A DNA stretch of 64,000 nt from Octopus sinensis (lineage: Eukaryota). Shown one piece after another: positions 1-11,663 of the stretch. Each line of letters starts with the position of its first letter. The first letter of the stretch is position 1. The notes below the pieces were generated by a model. That model had not been told where the DNA came from and did no database searches. It was given only the letters and a program-made list of their open reading frames with translations. The translations under genes and the position numbers were made by a program. The DNA lies in the NCBI RefSeq assembly GCF_006345805.1, contig NC_043011.1, positions 35,042,464-35,106,463 on the forward strand, in the 5' to 3' direction.

Positions 1-123
1 ACGCAAGAAGAGATCTAGGTCAAGATCTCGGGAGAGGCGGAGACGATCTCGTTCTCGAGATCGTGACCGAGACAGGGATCGAAGTGACAGAGAAAGAGAC
101 AGAGATCGGCGCAAGCGTTCAAG
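1..123 (+). CDS. SCAF8: SCAF8/SCAF4-family exon, RS/RD-rich region (5' end outside window)
   Basis: Frame from nt 2 reads RKKRSRSRSRERRRRSRSRDRDRDRDRSDRERDRDRRKRS; donor AG|GTAATT at 123/124; phase 2 fits the next exon. Confidence 0.85.
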
Positions 124-1071
124 GTAATTGTTGTTGTTTTATCTTTTCTTTTTATTGGTTTCAGTTATTGGTCTGTATAGCCATGTTGACATACCAACTT
201 CAGGACTGTTGATGACTATATCCAGTATGCTTGCCAACACAGTACATTTTCTACATCTGTGACTTCTATATCACTTCATTTGTGGTTTTTGTATCACTCT
301 TTTCTTCTTGCTACTGGTTTTGATGGCATATGATGGAATGCACTCACCTACAAAAAAAGAAGAAAATGTCTCAAAAAAATTTCCCCAAGCCCTATATGCA
401 AAGTTGGCCTCTCAAATAAGTTTGTCCCTGATGCTTGCTTTTTCCTGAATTGGACTGCATCTAGTATACCTCTGCATCTTTAATGTCATCAAATACAGTA
501 AATTAATTTCTATACTATGATAGTTATTTGCTATTGGACACATTATTTCATGTTGCTCCAGTTCACTCAGCTGTAGAAATGAGTTGCGATGTCACAGGTG
601 CCACTGGTGATGTGGAGAGGAGAGGCCGGTATACATGTGCGACTGCTGGTCTTCCATAAACAACCCTGCCCGGATTTGTGCCTGGGAGGGTAACTTTCTA
701 GGTGCAATCCCAGGGTCAGTCATGACCGAAGGGGGTCTCAATATATTTGCTATTGAAATTAATAATAAATATTTTATTTTAGATTGTGAAGTTAGTTTTT
801 TTGTAAAGACTTTCTCCTTTGTTTCATGATAGAAAGATTCCCAGCATTATTGAAACTCTGGTTATGGTTACAGAATTATATTAAAAGAAAAGTTTCATGG
901 AACTGATTTGCCATTCATAACTTGGTACTGAATAGGAAATTAGATTTTGTATAACGAAATTTGATCATTAGGACAAAGCTTTCAAGAATGCAACTTTCCT
1001 GTAACACATAGGGGATTGCTGTGTTGAGAATTAGGCAGTAACTTGAGAGGATACATAAAAACATATGCATG

Positions 1072-1291
1072 TATAAAGTGATTTCAAAAAGTTTCCAGAC
1101 TAGTTCTGTAGCAGGCCGACAGGTGGCAACACATGGTTTTTGTGCTCAGTGAGAGCTTGCAGTGACTTTTATGAGGCTGGTGTATTGTTGCACAAGGTGG
1201 CCATTTCGAAGGAGATGATATTAAAACTTACGTAAATAAGTTATTTTTTATTAGACATAAACTAGTTCAGGAACATTTGATATCACCCTGT
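1072..1291 (+). mobile_element. Internally deleted mariner-type DNA transposon remnant
   Basis: TIR-like ends (tcaaaaagtttcc / ggaacatttga...ccctgta) and a CIVAQGGHFEGD reading resembling a mariner transposase C-terminus. Confidence 0.45.
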
Positions 1292-1711
1292 AAGGCTAAA
1301 TTTGATCTATTGGATGGATGTGAAGTATGAATTTGAGGAATATGTAAGCAAAAAAAAAAAAAAAAAAACCAAGGGAGATAACTGTGCTGGTGTGGATACT
1401 TAATGTAGGTGAGGAAATGCTTAGAGATGTTGTCTGACATGTTTACATAAGGTAGAAGGGGATAAAAGAAGACTATTAGATCTAATACATAAAATATAAT
1501 TTGATGGTAAACCATGGCATGTTACCTTGTGGCAGACTCAGCCTGACAGTAATGATGATAATAAAATGGAAAGTGTTCGTGTTTGTTACTTAGTGTAAAA
1601 ACTTACCAAAATTTATACTTTGCTTTTGTATAATACCTCATTGATTTTTTTTCAAAATTGAAGAAAGTACCAGTAATTTATTAGCATAACTCGCAATTTT
1701 TTGTTTTTCAG

Positions 1712-1803
1712 ATCACGGGAAAGAGAAAGGGAGCGCCAGCGAGAAAAAGAACGGGAACGCAGAAGAAAGGGGCTTCCATCCATTAAAGAGAGACACCTTA
1801 GTG
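1712..1803 (+). CDS. SCAF8: SCAF8/SCAF4-family exon (end of RS region, start of RRM)
   Basis: tttttcag acceptor; SREREREQ-like run then RRRKGLPSIKERHLS, matching the RRKKGLPPI..LSV motif of SCAF4/8; donor G|GTAAGC. Confidence 0.92.
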
Positions 1804-1951
1804 GTAAGCATGGCATGGACCAACATTCTGTTTACATTTTGTCTTTATTTTATTCAGAAACTATCTTTATTTTTTAAATTTTCCTTCTACCTTTGCTTTT
1901 ACAATAAAAGAAGACAACACTTTGTTTAAATCTGATGCATTTCTGTTGTAG

Positions 1952-2052
1952 TGTGTACAAGAACTATATGGCTGGGTCATATAGCCAAAGTTACTTCTGA
2001 AGATGAACTGCGATTAGAAATAGAAAAGTATGGTGCTGTGGAAAGCATAAAT
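1952..2052 (+). CDS. SCAF8: SCAF8/SCAF4-family exon, RRM first half
   Basis: VCTRTIWLGHIAKVTSEDELRLEIEKYGAVESIN (RNP2-like IWLGHI); AG/GT boundaries with consistent phase. Confidence 0.93.
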
Positions 2053-2092
2053 GTAAGTAGACTACATTATTGTTATTATTAATAATAATAAT

Positions 2093-2530
2093 AAGGCGAG
2101 CTGACAGAATTGTTAACATGCTGTACAAAGTGCTCAGCGGCATTTCACCTGTCTTTATGTTCTGAGTTCAAATTCCACTGAGGTCGACTTTGCCTTTCAT
2201 CCTTTCATAGTCGATAAATTAAGTACCTGTTGCATACTGGGGTCGATCTAATCGACACCCTCCCCAAATTATTTCAGGCTTTGTGCCTATAACAGAAAGG
2301 ATTACTATTATTAAGGCATCGAGCTGGCAGAATTGTTAGCATGCTGGGTGAAATATTTGGTGGTATTTTGACCATCTTCACATTCTGAGTTCAAATTCTG
2401 CTGAGGTTGTCTTTGTCTTTCATCCTATTGGGGTTGATAAAATAAATACCAGCTGAGTATCGGGTGGGGGTCGATGTAATTGATTATCCCCCTCCCCCAA
2501 ATTTCAGGCCTTGTTCCTGTAGAGAAAAGG
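2093..2530 (+). mobile_element. Two copies of tRNA-derived SINE family B
   Basis: aaggcg.gagctggcagaa head, B-box-like gagttcaaattcc, core gcctttcatccttt.ggggtcgataaa.taagtacc, repeated many times in the window. Confidence 0.8.
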
Positions 2531-3080
2531 ATTATTATATGTGAAGACCCGTGGGGGTTGTTGTATGTTAAATATCACCTCCTGGTATTTAACAGCCATT
2601 TGCTCTTCATTTGCTTCAGTCATTGGACAGTGGCCCTATGCAGGGTCCCCATTGTCCTTGAGATCAGGTACCTAGTGTGTTGGTGTCTTTTGTCAAATTG
2701 CTAAAATACAGAGATGTAAACAAACTACCACCATCAAGCAGTAATGGTGGGAGACAAGCACAAAGACACACACACAAAACAGGTTTCTGCACAGTTTCCA
2801 TCACTCAAGGCATTGGTTGTTGGAGAAAACAAAATGCCATGCAGTTAGACTGAACTCCAGATCATATGATTGTAAAGTGAGCTTATTAATTACAGCCTGA
2901 GAAAAAATCTGATCTCAGCACTACAATAAAGGTGATGGGCGGAGAATCCCCGAGCATACGTAATTTTTCATTCAGATTGACACTTCCACCACGAAGTTGC
3001 TTTTGGCTTTTATCTGTTCTGCTGTCAGCTAGTGTGAGGACAGGAACAGTTCCACATAAAAACATGCTGCTTTCTATTTG

Positions 3081-3500
3081 AAGGCGGCAAGCTGACAGAA
3101 ACGTTAGTACGCTGGGCGAAATGCTTAGCAGTATTTCATCTGCTGTTACGTTATGAGTTCGAATTCAGCTGAGGTCGACTTTGCCTTTCATCCTTTCGGG
3201 GTAGATTAAATAAGTACCAGTTATGCACTGGTCTCAATATAATCGACTTAATCTGTTTGTCTGTCCTTGTTTGTCCTCTCTGTATTTAGCCCCCTGTGGG
3301 TAGTAAAGAAATAGGTATTTTGCCTACTGCTACGTTCTGGGTTCAAATTCCGCTACGGTTGACTTTGCCTTTCATCTTTCAGGGTAGATTAAATAAGTAC
3401 CAGTTACGCACTGGGGTCGATATAATCGACTTAATCCGTTTGTCTGTCCTTGTTTGTCCCCTCTGTGTGTAGCCCCTTTTGGGCAGTAAAGAAATAAAAA
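3081..3500 (+). mobile_element. SINE family B, dimeric (full unit plus headless second unit)
   Basis: Head at 3081; tail ...gtagtaaagaaataggtattt runs into a second copy starting at the internal ggtattt. Confidence 0.85.
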
Positions 3501-3607
3501 AAACATGCTGCTTTCTTTCTTAACTCTATCTTTCCCTCTTTGTAGCTGACTGATGGTATACTATATCACCATTGTTAAGCTAACAGATTGTTACTTCTTT
3601 CATTTAA

Positions 3608-3832
3608 CCCTTTTGTTACCACATTTCTGTTGAAATTCATTACTTTTGTTTCTATTAAGTTTGAAAATAAAGAATTCAATAAATACACCTTTTCATTAAT
3701 AAGCTGGTGTTTGGATCAAAAATTAACCTGCACTTTTGATGGAAGGTCTTAATTTAAATCATTATAAAAGGGCAAGTTTGTATAAAGGAAGAGTATCAAG
3801 GGCCACCTCAGACATGTTGGTTTCAAAAAGGG
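3608..3832. mobile_element. piggyBac-type MITE
   Basis: TTAA|CCCTTTTG ... CAAAAAGGG|TTAA: TTAA target duplication and CCC/GGG termini. Confidence 0.7.
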
Positions 3833-4364
3833 TTAACTTTTTTTCCTTTTTACTCTCCAAACATGAATGATAAATGGTTTAGTAATTAATCTTTCATTGG
3901 TTTATATGTTACTCATTAGCTCTTGATGATTAACTCTAGACAGTTCTCATTAAGGCCATTGTATCGACTAATCAATTAATGATCCACAAATGACCTGCTT
4001 GATGTCACTGTAATCTATAGAAAAATGAAATCTAACTTTGGTTGGCCCATCTTCATTTGGCTGGTTATTCTCAAATGTAGGTCTAGGGCAGGATCTCTGA
4101 ACCTCAATTCAAGAGCTGTGAGGAAGATAACCTATTGTTTTTTGTTTTGTTTTGTTTTTTAATAACAATCTTTGCTTATCGAATGCTTGGAGTTTTAAAT
4201 CTTCAGCTTTTAAAGTGACCATCTCTGGCCGAAATATTTTGTTTTGTTCTAACCAGCCAGATCCAGCCTCTCACAACTACCCTACAGTGTCATTCAAAAA
4301 ATAAACTTTACCATCATTGAACTCTTGAAGATAACTAACCCCATGTGAATAAAAATGCATCTCA

Positions 4365-4680
4365 GGTGGCAGAATGAAGTCACGTGGCTTTGTAGTTAGG
4401 GTATTCGACTCACGATCATAAGGTTGTAAGTTCGATACCTAGTGGCATGTTGTGTCCTTGAATAAGACAGTTTATTTCAGCTGGCAAAAATGAGTTGTAC
4501 CTGTATTTGAAAGGGCCAGCCATGTTACATTCTGTGTTGTGTTGAATCTCTTTGAGAAATATGTTAGGGGTACGTGTGTCTGTGGAGTTCTCAGCCACTT
4601 GCACCTTAATTTCATGTGCAGGCTGTTTCGTTGTTCAGATCAACTTGTACACTTGTCTTTGTAAGTTACGGATTGCCACT
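4365..4680 (+). mobile_element. tRNA-headed SINE (family C tail), degenerate
   Basis: Head with ggttgtaagttcgatacc B-box-like motif; body gttgtacctgtatttgaaagggccagcc...ctcagccacttgcac shared with the element at 8040-8422. Confidence 0.65.
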
Positions 4681-4734
4681 CACATGTGGCAAAGTAATCT
4701 GAATGCTAATAGGTTAATGTTGTTTCTTTTCCAG

Positions 4735-4842
4735 ATGATTCCTCCCCGAGGATGTGCTTTTGTATGTATGGCAAGGAGAAAAGATGCTCCTAAAGCTGTG
4801 GAAAAATTGAAGGGAGTGAAAATACATTCTAACCAGTTAAAA
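4735..4842 (+). CDS. SCAF8: SCAF8/SCAF4-family exon, RRM second half
   Basis: MIPPRGCAFVCMARRKDAPKAVEKLKGVKIHSNQLK; MIPPRGCA(Y/F)VCM is characteristic of the SCAF4/8 RRM; ttccag acceptor, GTAAGA donor. Confidence 0.95.
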
Positions 4843-4982
4843 GTAAGATTTATTTATTTATTTATTTGTTTCTTTTTCCTCCTCTATCTTCGTTACTTCT
4901 GTCATTAGTGGTAGCAGTTATTTCATGGAATAGCTAATAACGTCTGTTTTGTCTTTTTCTTTTCTGCCTGCTTTTCTTTTAG

Positions 4983-5148
4983 GTTGCTTGGGCTCCTGGG
5001 ATAGGTGTAAAGGATGCAGAATACAAAGATATGTGGGATGCTGAATTGGGTGTAACTTACATTCCTTGGGAAAAATTGCCACAAGATTTGACTCACCTAA
5101 TGGAAGGTGGCATGATAGATGAAGACACTATTCCTGAACACCTCAAAG
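4983..5148 (+). CDS. SCAF8: SCAF8/SCAF4-family exon, conserved post-RRM segment
   Basis: VAWAPGIGVKDAEYKDMWDAELGVTYIPWEKLPQDLTHLMEGGMIDEDTIPEHLK, matching WDV.LGVTYIPW.K...EGGMID of SCAF4/8; G|GTAAGT donor. Confidence 0.95.
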
Positions 5149-6740
5149 GTAAGTGTTTCTCTCGTTACGATATTCTGTGTGGTACAAGGTATATATGTTT
5201 AACGTGTAACTTGCTTCTGAACAACATTGCCTGTTTTCATCATTGGGAATACTGCTGGGAAAAAGTATATTAAAATTTACATATATTTACATTTTTTTTG
5301 TGTATCCTCTTCCTAATTTTTGTGTAGGGTCCTTGGAACTCATTATGACATGGTATTGATGGCTTTGTTTGGTTCTGTAAATTTTTTCCTCTTCAACTTC
5401 ACTTTTAAAATCAGAAACACTGTCTGTATGATCTATACTAAAATTGAAACATTTTCTCTCAGTAGATTGAGAGAGAAAAACCTGAAAATTTATCTTCAGC
5501 ATTTACTGTTGAATAAATGAAAGAAAAAAAAATCTTTCGAATTATTATTATTTTAAAAATTAAAATTGCATATCAACAGTTACTATTAATAATTGCAGAA
5601 TGTTTTATGATTAGTCAGTGTAAGAAATTTCCAAAGCAATTAAATTAAACCATCATCTTCATCATTTCATGTCAATTATCCATGCTGGCACCAATAAAAT
5701 AGTTCTATAAGCAGGAACATAATACTAAGCAGATCTTGGAATTAACTGGAAGTATTCAGGATCAAGAAATCTGACACTTTCTTTAGCTCCTATGAGTTAT
5801 CATGTGATCAAAACTTCAGTTAATAGTACTACTTCATTGCTTGTGGAGAGACTTGAATTTTATGCAGTATAGCTGTTTCGCTTCTGAATATTGTATGTTA
5901 CCACAGTGTAGAAGTTTATATGTTGATATAAGAAGCAATACAATATTACAAGCTGGTAAGCTGGCAGAATCATTAGACTGCTGGACAATATGCTCTACGG
6001 CATTTTATCTGTCTTTATGATCCGAGTTCAAATTCTGCTGAGGTCAATTTGTCTTTCATCCTTCCAGGCTATGTTAGGCCTTTGTTTAAGACTGAACCTA
6101 GATGTGAAGTGAACATACATTAAAATTTTTTTCTTTTAGGATCCCATTGGTCTTTTCAGAGTTGTAGGAAGATAGTTTAAGCGTCTCATAGCACTCCAGA
6201 CAACCTAGTTGTAAAACCTTAGTAGTGCAATTCCACCCAAAATAACTGCAATCTTGTGCTTTTGAAATCTGACCTTACATCTTCCTTGGTATTTTTTTGG
6301 TTCCACATAGAAAGCACCCATGCTAGTGTCATGTATAAAGCACCTATGCTGGTAACAAGTAGAAAAAGCGCCCAATACACTCTGTAAAGTAGTTGGCATT
6401 AGGAATGGCAACCAGCCGTAGAAATCCTGCCAAAACAGTCAATTGAAGTCTGGTACAGCTTCTGCCAAACTGTCCAACCCATGCTGGCATGGGTTGGGGA
6501 AACCTTAAGACCACGTAAATACAAACATTATAGAGTTGAAGAAGATACACAAATTCTTTTTTTAAAGAAGTATAGTGGTGGAAAATGGGTGCAATGGCTG
6601 TTTAGGTTTCTTTTGGCACTGCGTGGATATTTAGGTTGTATTTTTTTTATATGAAATAGTTTAGTAGTTTGCCTTCCTTGTCTCTCTGGTTGTCTTTCTC
6701 TGTCTTCGTGAATTAAAATAAATTTATGCATTCTTTGCAG

Positions 6741-6908
6741 CTGGTTTGCAACTTGAGAAAACAGAACCAACTGGAACAAACAACATAGAAGAACCTCAAC
6801 AGAATTTTAAGATGAATGAAGTGAATATAACAAACCCTCCAATAGCAGTCCCTCCTCCAACAGCAATACCTCCACAACAGCCTCAACTGCAAGGACAACC
6901 TATGCCAA
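6741..6908 (+). CDS. SCAF8: SCAF8/SCAF4-family exon, Pro/Gln-rich linker
   Basis: tttgcag acceptor, open frame AGLQLEKTEP...PQLQGQPMP, A|GTAAGT donor; phases 1/1 fit both neighbours. Confidence 0.8.
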
Positions 6909-7049
6909 GTAAGTAAGATTTACTTACTCAAAATTGATGTTTAGCTTCAGTCGACCATAACTGATTAAATCTATGATCAAAGACACTCCAGTTGTGATGA
7001 TCTCATTCCTTTTTTTCCTCATAGTGCATCAAAGACTGTTTCTCTACCA

Positions 7050-7228
7050 GAGTCCATATGGCCCTCGGGAGTCGATATGGCCCTCGGGAGTCGATATGGC
7101 CCTCGGGAGTCGATATGGCCCTCGGGAGTCTATATGCCCCTCGGGAGTCTATATGGCCCTCGGGAGTCCATATGGCCCTCGGGAGTCCATATGGCCTTCG
7201 GGAGTCCGTATGACCCTTGGAAGTCCAT
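7050..7228. repeat. 19-bp minisatellite, 9 copies plus partial
   Basis: Unit gagtc(c/g/t)atatggccctcgg read directly at a 19-bp period from 7050 to 7220. Confidence 0.95.
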
Positions 7229-7600
7229 TTTGTTAAAAATTATGTGCAATAGATTACACTTCTTCAATACACAAAATATTTCAACAAATATTTTTATACA
7301 ATTCCTGATATTTACTCATAAAAATATAAATGGCTCTGTCGGTTCAGTATAGTAAACTAGGAATGAAAGGGGTGCAATTTGCCACAAACTAAATGTATCT
7401 CAACTTCTGTAAGCCAGAATGTAGGGACATCACTGAAGAAAAACAAGTGGGGCATACTTAACAATTCTAATCTTTTTAGACCTTAAACCAACCATATTTA
7501 TCGCAAATATTCTACCAGTTTTATAGTCAAACCATCTAGATTCTGCCTCTTACATCCACCTTACAATGTCATTATAAAAAGTAAACAATTATCATAGGCT

Positions 7601-7965
7601 CAGGAGTGGCTGTGGTAAGTAGCTTGCTTACCAACCACATGGTTCCAGGTTCAGTCCCACTGTGTGGCACCTTGGGCAAGTGTCTTCTACTATAGCCTTG
7701 GGCTGACCAAAGCCTTGAGAGTGGATTCGGTAGACAGAAACTGAAAGTGACTGTCGTATATGTTTGTGTCTGTGTTTGTCCCCCCCCCCCACCATCGCTT
7801 GACAACCGATGTTGGTGTGTTTACGTCCCCATAACTTAGCAGTTCGGCAAAAGAGACTGATGGAATAGGTATTAGCCTTACAAAGAATGAGTCCTGGGGT
7901 CGATTTGTCTGACTAAAAGGTGGTGCTCTAGCATGGCCGCAGTCAAATGACTGAAACGGGTAAAA
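7601..7965 (+). mobile_element. tRNA-derived SINE family A, full length
   Basis: ggagtggctgtggtaagtagcttgcttaccaaccacatggttccaggttcagtccc head; tail ggtggtgctctagcatggccgcagtcaaatgactgaaac. Confidence 0.88.
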
Positions 7966-8039
7966 GACATCATAGAAATATTGAAGCTATGGGCTTAATA
8001 CAAAATAATGTAAATAAGCATTACATTTGGCTGAGTAAT

Positions 8040-8422
8040 CTGAATGCTGGATGGAAGCACTCGTCGGTTACGACAACGAGGGTTCCGGTTGATCCGAATC
8101 AACGGAACAGCCTGCTCGTGAAATTAACGTGTAAGTGGCTGAGCACTCCACAGACACGTGTACCCTTAACGTAGTTCTCGGGGGTATTCAGCGTGACACA
8201 GAGAGTGACAAGGCCGGCCCTTTGAAATACAGGTACAACAGAAACAGGAAGTAAGAGTGAGAGAAAGTTGTGGTGAAAGAGTACAGTAGGGATCACCACC
8301 ATCCCCTGCCGGAGCCTCGTGGAGCTTTAGGTGTTTTCGCTCAATAAACACTCACAACGCCCGGTCTGGGAATCGAAACCGCGATCCTATGACCGCGAGT
8401 CCGCTGCCCTAACCACTGGGCC
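8040..8422 (-). mobile_element. tRNA(Arg)-like headed SINE, family C
   Basis: Minus strand begins tggaggcgcaatggcccagtggttagggcagcggactcgcggtcataggatcgcggtttcgattcccag with A and B boxes. Confidence 0.85.
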
Positions 8423-8630
8423 ATTGCGCCTCCACCATCTGAATGCTAAACCCCTGCAAAGCTTAACGCAGAATCACAAGACATTAAACAATGATGTCAT
8501 GCCAACACACTTAACCCATTCCTGTACGTATTTGTTCATTTTCCTCTATTATATTATATTCTATGCGTCTAACTAATCTGCTGTAAATAACTTGTTTCTT
8601 TTTAAACCTGTATGACATTTGTTGTTTCAG

Positions 8631-8836
8631 GAATGCTAATGCAAATCCCACCTCCAACTGGCATGATGCCTCCGATGATGATGCCAATTGCTCCGGGAAT
8701 GCCTCGCCCACCAACCACAGGTGTACCTCCACCTCCATTAGGAATGGCACCAGCATCGACAGCCTCAGCAGTTCTTGCTCCTCGACCAGTGCCTCCGGTT
8801 CCAACTGCTGCTGGAGTGTCTATATCTTTGCCAACG
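8631..8836 (+). CDS. SCAF8: SCAF8/SCAF4-family exon, Pro/Met-rich
   Basis: tttcag acceptor; MLMQIPPPTGMMPPMMMP...SISLPT; ACG|GTAACT donor, phase 0. Confidence 0.88.
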
Positions 8837-8845
8837 GTAACTCTC

Positions 8846-9150
8846 ATGCTTTCTCTCTCTCTCTCTCTCTATCACATACTTTCTCTCTCTCTCTCTCTCT
8901 CTGTCACATACTTTCTCTCTCTCTCTGTCACATACTTTCTCTCTCTCTCTGTCACATACTTTCTCTCTCTCTCTCTCTGTCACATACTTTCTCTCTCTGT
9001 CTCTGTTTCATACTCTCTCTCTCTCTCTCTGTCATACTTTCTCTCCCCCCTCTCTCTTTCTCCCTCCCTCTCTCTTTCTTTCTCCCTGTCTCTCCCTCTC
9101 TCTGTCTCCCTCTCTTTCTCTCTGTTCCCCGCTCTCTCTCTTTCTCCTCA
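8846..9150 (+). repeat. Pyrimidine-rich (CT)n / ctctctgtcacatacttt tandem tract filling the last SCAF intron
   Basis: Repeated tcacatactttctctctctctc units followed by an irregular CT tract. Confidence 0.9.
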
Positions 9151-9209
9151 CTTTTTTTTGTTTTAAACCTATATTTTAACTGTTATTAAAAACTTTCTTC
9201 TCTTTCCAG

Positions 9210-11663
9210 ATGGCTCCAACTGTTGTATTGACTACAGTGGCATCAAACAATCCTGCCATGCCTTCATTACCGCCACCAGGTTTAGTGCAGCTTCCACAGT
9301 CTCTTCAGAATAATTTAAGCAGTTCCATTCTTGCTACAGGCGGCATATCAGTTCCTCCTAGACCACCCCCACCTAATTTCGCAGCGCAACTTCGACAACA
9401 GCCTAGGCCATTCCCACCTCAGCCATTTCCTGGAGGTCCAACGTTTCGCTTGCAAGTTCCAGCACCTGCTCCGGAGGGTGCTAGGGCTATTGCTAATGTT
9501 AGACCTCCCCTTGACACAAATGCTACTCTGACTGCTCAAGAATCCAAAGAAAACATTAGTGAATCTAGTCAGCAGGATGATTGGCTGAAGCGAAGCACAG
9601 AACCAGCCGGTGATGATGCAGAGTCTGAAACGAAACATGAAGGTATCACCACTCAAACTATTGAACCAACTTCTGAAGTGTTACAAACACCCACAGGAAC
9701 AATGCCAGCTATATCTGCAACATTACAACAGATGCTTGCCCAGCGTCCACCTCCAAATCCAGGAGTAGGGATGCGTCCCCCTCTACCACCTGGAATGGCA
9801 CCACGTCCCGGTATCAATGGCCCGCCTACTGAACTTCGTCTCGGTGGACCAAGCGGACCTCTTTTAACAGGTCCACCTAACCGAGCCACTGCTATCGGTA
9901 TACCAGGTATGCCTGCTGGTATTGCCATTGGTCCTCGGGCCATAAGTGTAGATGGCCCTCCGCCAGGCTTTCCAGCTGGCCGGATGGGCTTGCCTGGAGG
10001 ACCACGATTTACTCCCCGGTTTCCTCCTGTATTTCCAGGGGGCCCACCTCCCAGATTCCAGGGTCCTATGGGAACTATGCTACGACCACCACGTCCAGAT
10101 GCAGATGGCAGGTTTCCTGCCAACACATTTACTAATAATGGTACGTTTGACAGAGCTGGTTTTGAACGTGCCATACGTCCATTTGGTCCTATTGGTCCTA
10201 GACCTGACCGGCCAGCTAATGATAGGTGGATGGGGAGAGATAGATGGGCACCCAGAGAAACTGGTCCTGGGATGCGGTTCCGAAGGGATTTTGACCAGAG
10301 GGATGAGTTCTTTGACCGATCTCGCTATGTTCTTGATAATAGAGATCCTGATCGCAATGCAGGAGGGAGACGAATGTCCAGGTTTGATGGGGAGGAAGAT
10401 CACGAAGGTGAGCGTCCTCCTCACCATTACGAGGACGATCGCTCTCTACATGAAGACGAACATGCTCGTCATGGCGATGACAGAGATCGCTCAAGACGAG
10501 ACGACGAGAGGGATCGGTTGCGACACGTGGATGAACGTGACCGACTCAGGCGTCCCGATGAGAGGGAGCGAACCCGGCATGATGACGATAGAAATAGGTT
10601 ACGTTACGAAGTTAGAGATCGATTTAGGTTTGGTGATAATGGAAGAGAAGGTCCAGAAGGAATTAGACCTAGAAACCGTGAAGATCGTCCCAGAAAGTCC
10701 CGCTGGAGCGATGTTGATGATAAGGCTGTGGAGACTCCTTCGATGGAAGCTCCTTCGTTAGAAACTATTAAGGCATTTGACACAATTCCTGAAAATGCTA
10801 ATGCATTGCCAGACACTGATAATGCTGAGGAGTCGGTTGCCATGGAGATTTCTGATGCTCCTGGTGATGTTACTCCAACCTGTGAGGAATTAGAAGATGC
10901 TGTAAACAGCAGCCAACCAGAGAATTATACGGCAAATGAGGAGTTTCCAGCCACTCCCGTTGCAGACTTCGTTCCTTCAGAGGAATTTTCTCTCACAGAA
11001 AAATACCATCCGGCTGAAGAAACACCTGACGACCAGCCGCCATTGTCTGGCTCACCCCCTGAAGAAGCCCCGGTTGACAGTTTCATCCCCACTGATAGCT
11101 CTCCCCCTGCAGTGGATTTTACTCCAATGGAGTCTGATGCACCTGTGGAAAATTTTGATGCTCCAACCCCTGAGAATTTTCCTCTGCAGCACGGGGATGA
11201 TGATGATGATGATAATAACAATGATGATAACAACAACAATTACTTTAATGATGATGATGATGTTGTTGATAGCAACAACAACAACAGCAACAACAACAAT
11301 AATGATGATGATAATATTAATAACATCAATGATGATGATGATGATGATATTGATATTAGTAATAACATGGCTTTGCCGTCTGAAAATGAAACTCCTAGCT
11401 TCGCTGAAAGCTCTCCTCCTCCTGCCCTAGAGGAGGAATTCTCTTCAACAGAAAATTTTATCCCTCCTCAAACAGAGGAATTTACCCCTATGAAAAACTG
11501 CTCTCCAGAGGAGCCTATGAACGAGGCAGATGAGTTCCCTTCAGTGGAGGATGAGGTTTCAGAAATGACAAAGGCAGAGGAACCTGAGTATCCAACCGGT
11601 GAGGAATCACCATTACAGAGTGAAGAACAGACAACAGCTTGTGATGAAAATGATGAAGAATAA
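9210..11663 (+). CDS. SCAF8: SCAF8/SCAF4-family terminal exon (817 aa; Pro-rich, RD/RE repeats, acidic tail)
   Basis: tttccag acceptor at 9209, uninterrupted 2.45-kb ORF in frame with the upstream exons, TAA at 11661-11663. SCAF8 versus SCAF4 cannot be distinguished here; invertebrates typically have one co-orthologue. Confidence 0.9.
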   Translation: MAPTVVLTTVASNNPAMPSLPPPGLVQLPQSLQNNLSSSILATGGISVPPRPPPPNFAAQLRQQPRPFPPQPFPGGPTFRLQVPAPAPEGARAIANVRPPLDTNATLTAQESKENISESSQQDDWLKRSTEPAGDDAESETKHEGITTQTIEPTSEVLQTPTGTMPAISATLQQMLAQRPPPNPGVGMRPPLPPGMAPRPGINGPPTELRLGGPSGPLLTGPPNRATAIGIPGMPAGIAIGPRAISVDGPPPGFPAGRMGLPGGPRFTPRFPPVFPGGPPPRFQGPMGTMLRPPRPDADGRFPANTFTNNGTFDRAGFERAIRPFGPIGPRPDRPANDRWMGRDRWAPRETGPGMRFRRDFDQRDEFFDRSRYVLDNRDPDRNAGGRRMSRFDGEEDHEGERPPHHYEDDRSLHEDEHARHGDDRDRSRRDDERDRLRHVDERDRLRRPDERERTRHDDDRNRLRYEVRDRFRFGDNGREGPEGIRPRNREDRPRKSRWSDVDDKAVETPSMEAPSLETIKAFDTIPENANALPDTDNAEESVAMEISDAPGDVTPTCEELEDAVNSSQPENYTANEEFPATPVADFVPSEEFSLTEKYHPAEETPDDQPPLSGSPPEEAPVDSFIPTDSSPPAVDFTPMESDAPVENFDAPTPENFPLQHGDDDDDDNNNDDNNNNYFNDDDDVVDSNNNNSNNNNNDDDNINNINDDDDDDIDISNNMALPSENETPSFAESSPPPALEEEFSSTENFIPPQTEEFTPMKNCSPEEPMNEADEFPSVEDEVSEMTKAEEPEYPTGEESPLQSEEQTTACDENDEE

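Noticed and set aside
8612-9166. 184-aa ORF extending the Pro-rich exon into a Ser/Leu tail
   Set aside because: Read-through into a CT-repeat intron past a good donor at 8837; compositional artefact.
124-9209. Intronic C/D-box snoRNAs in the SCAF introns
   Set aside because: No RTGATGA...CTGA pair with terminal stem found by eye.
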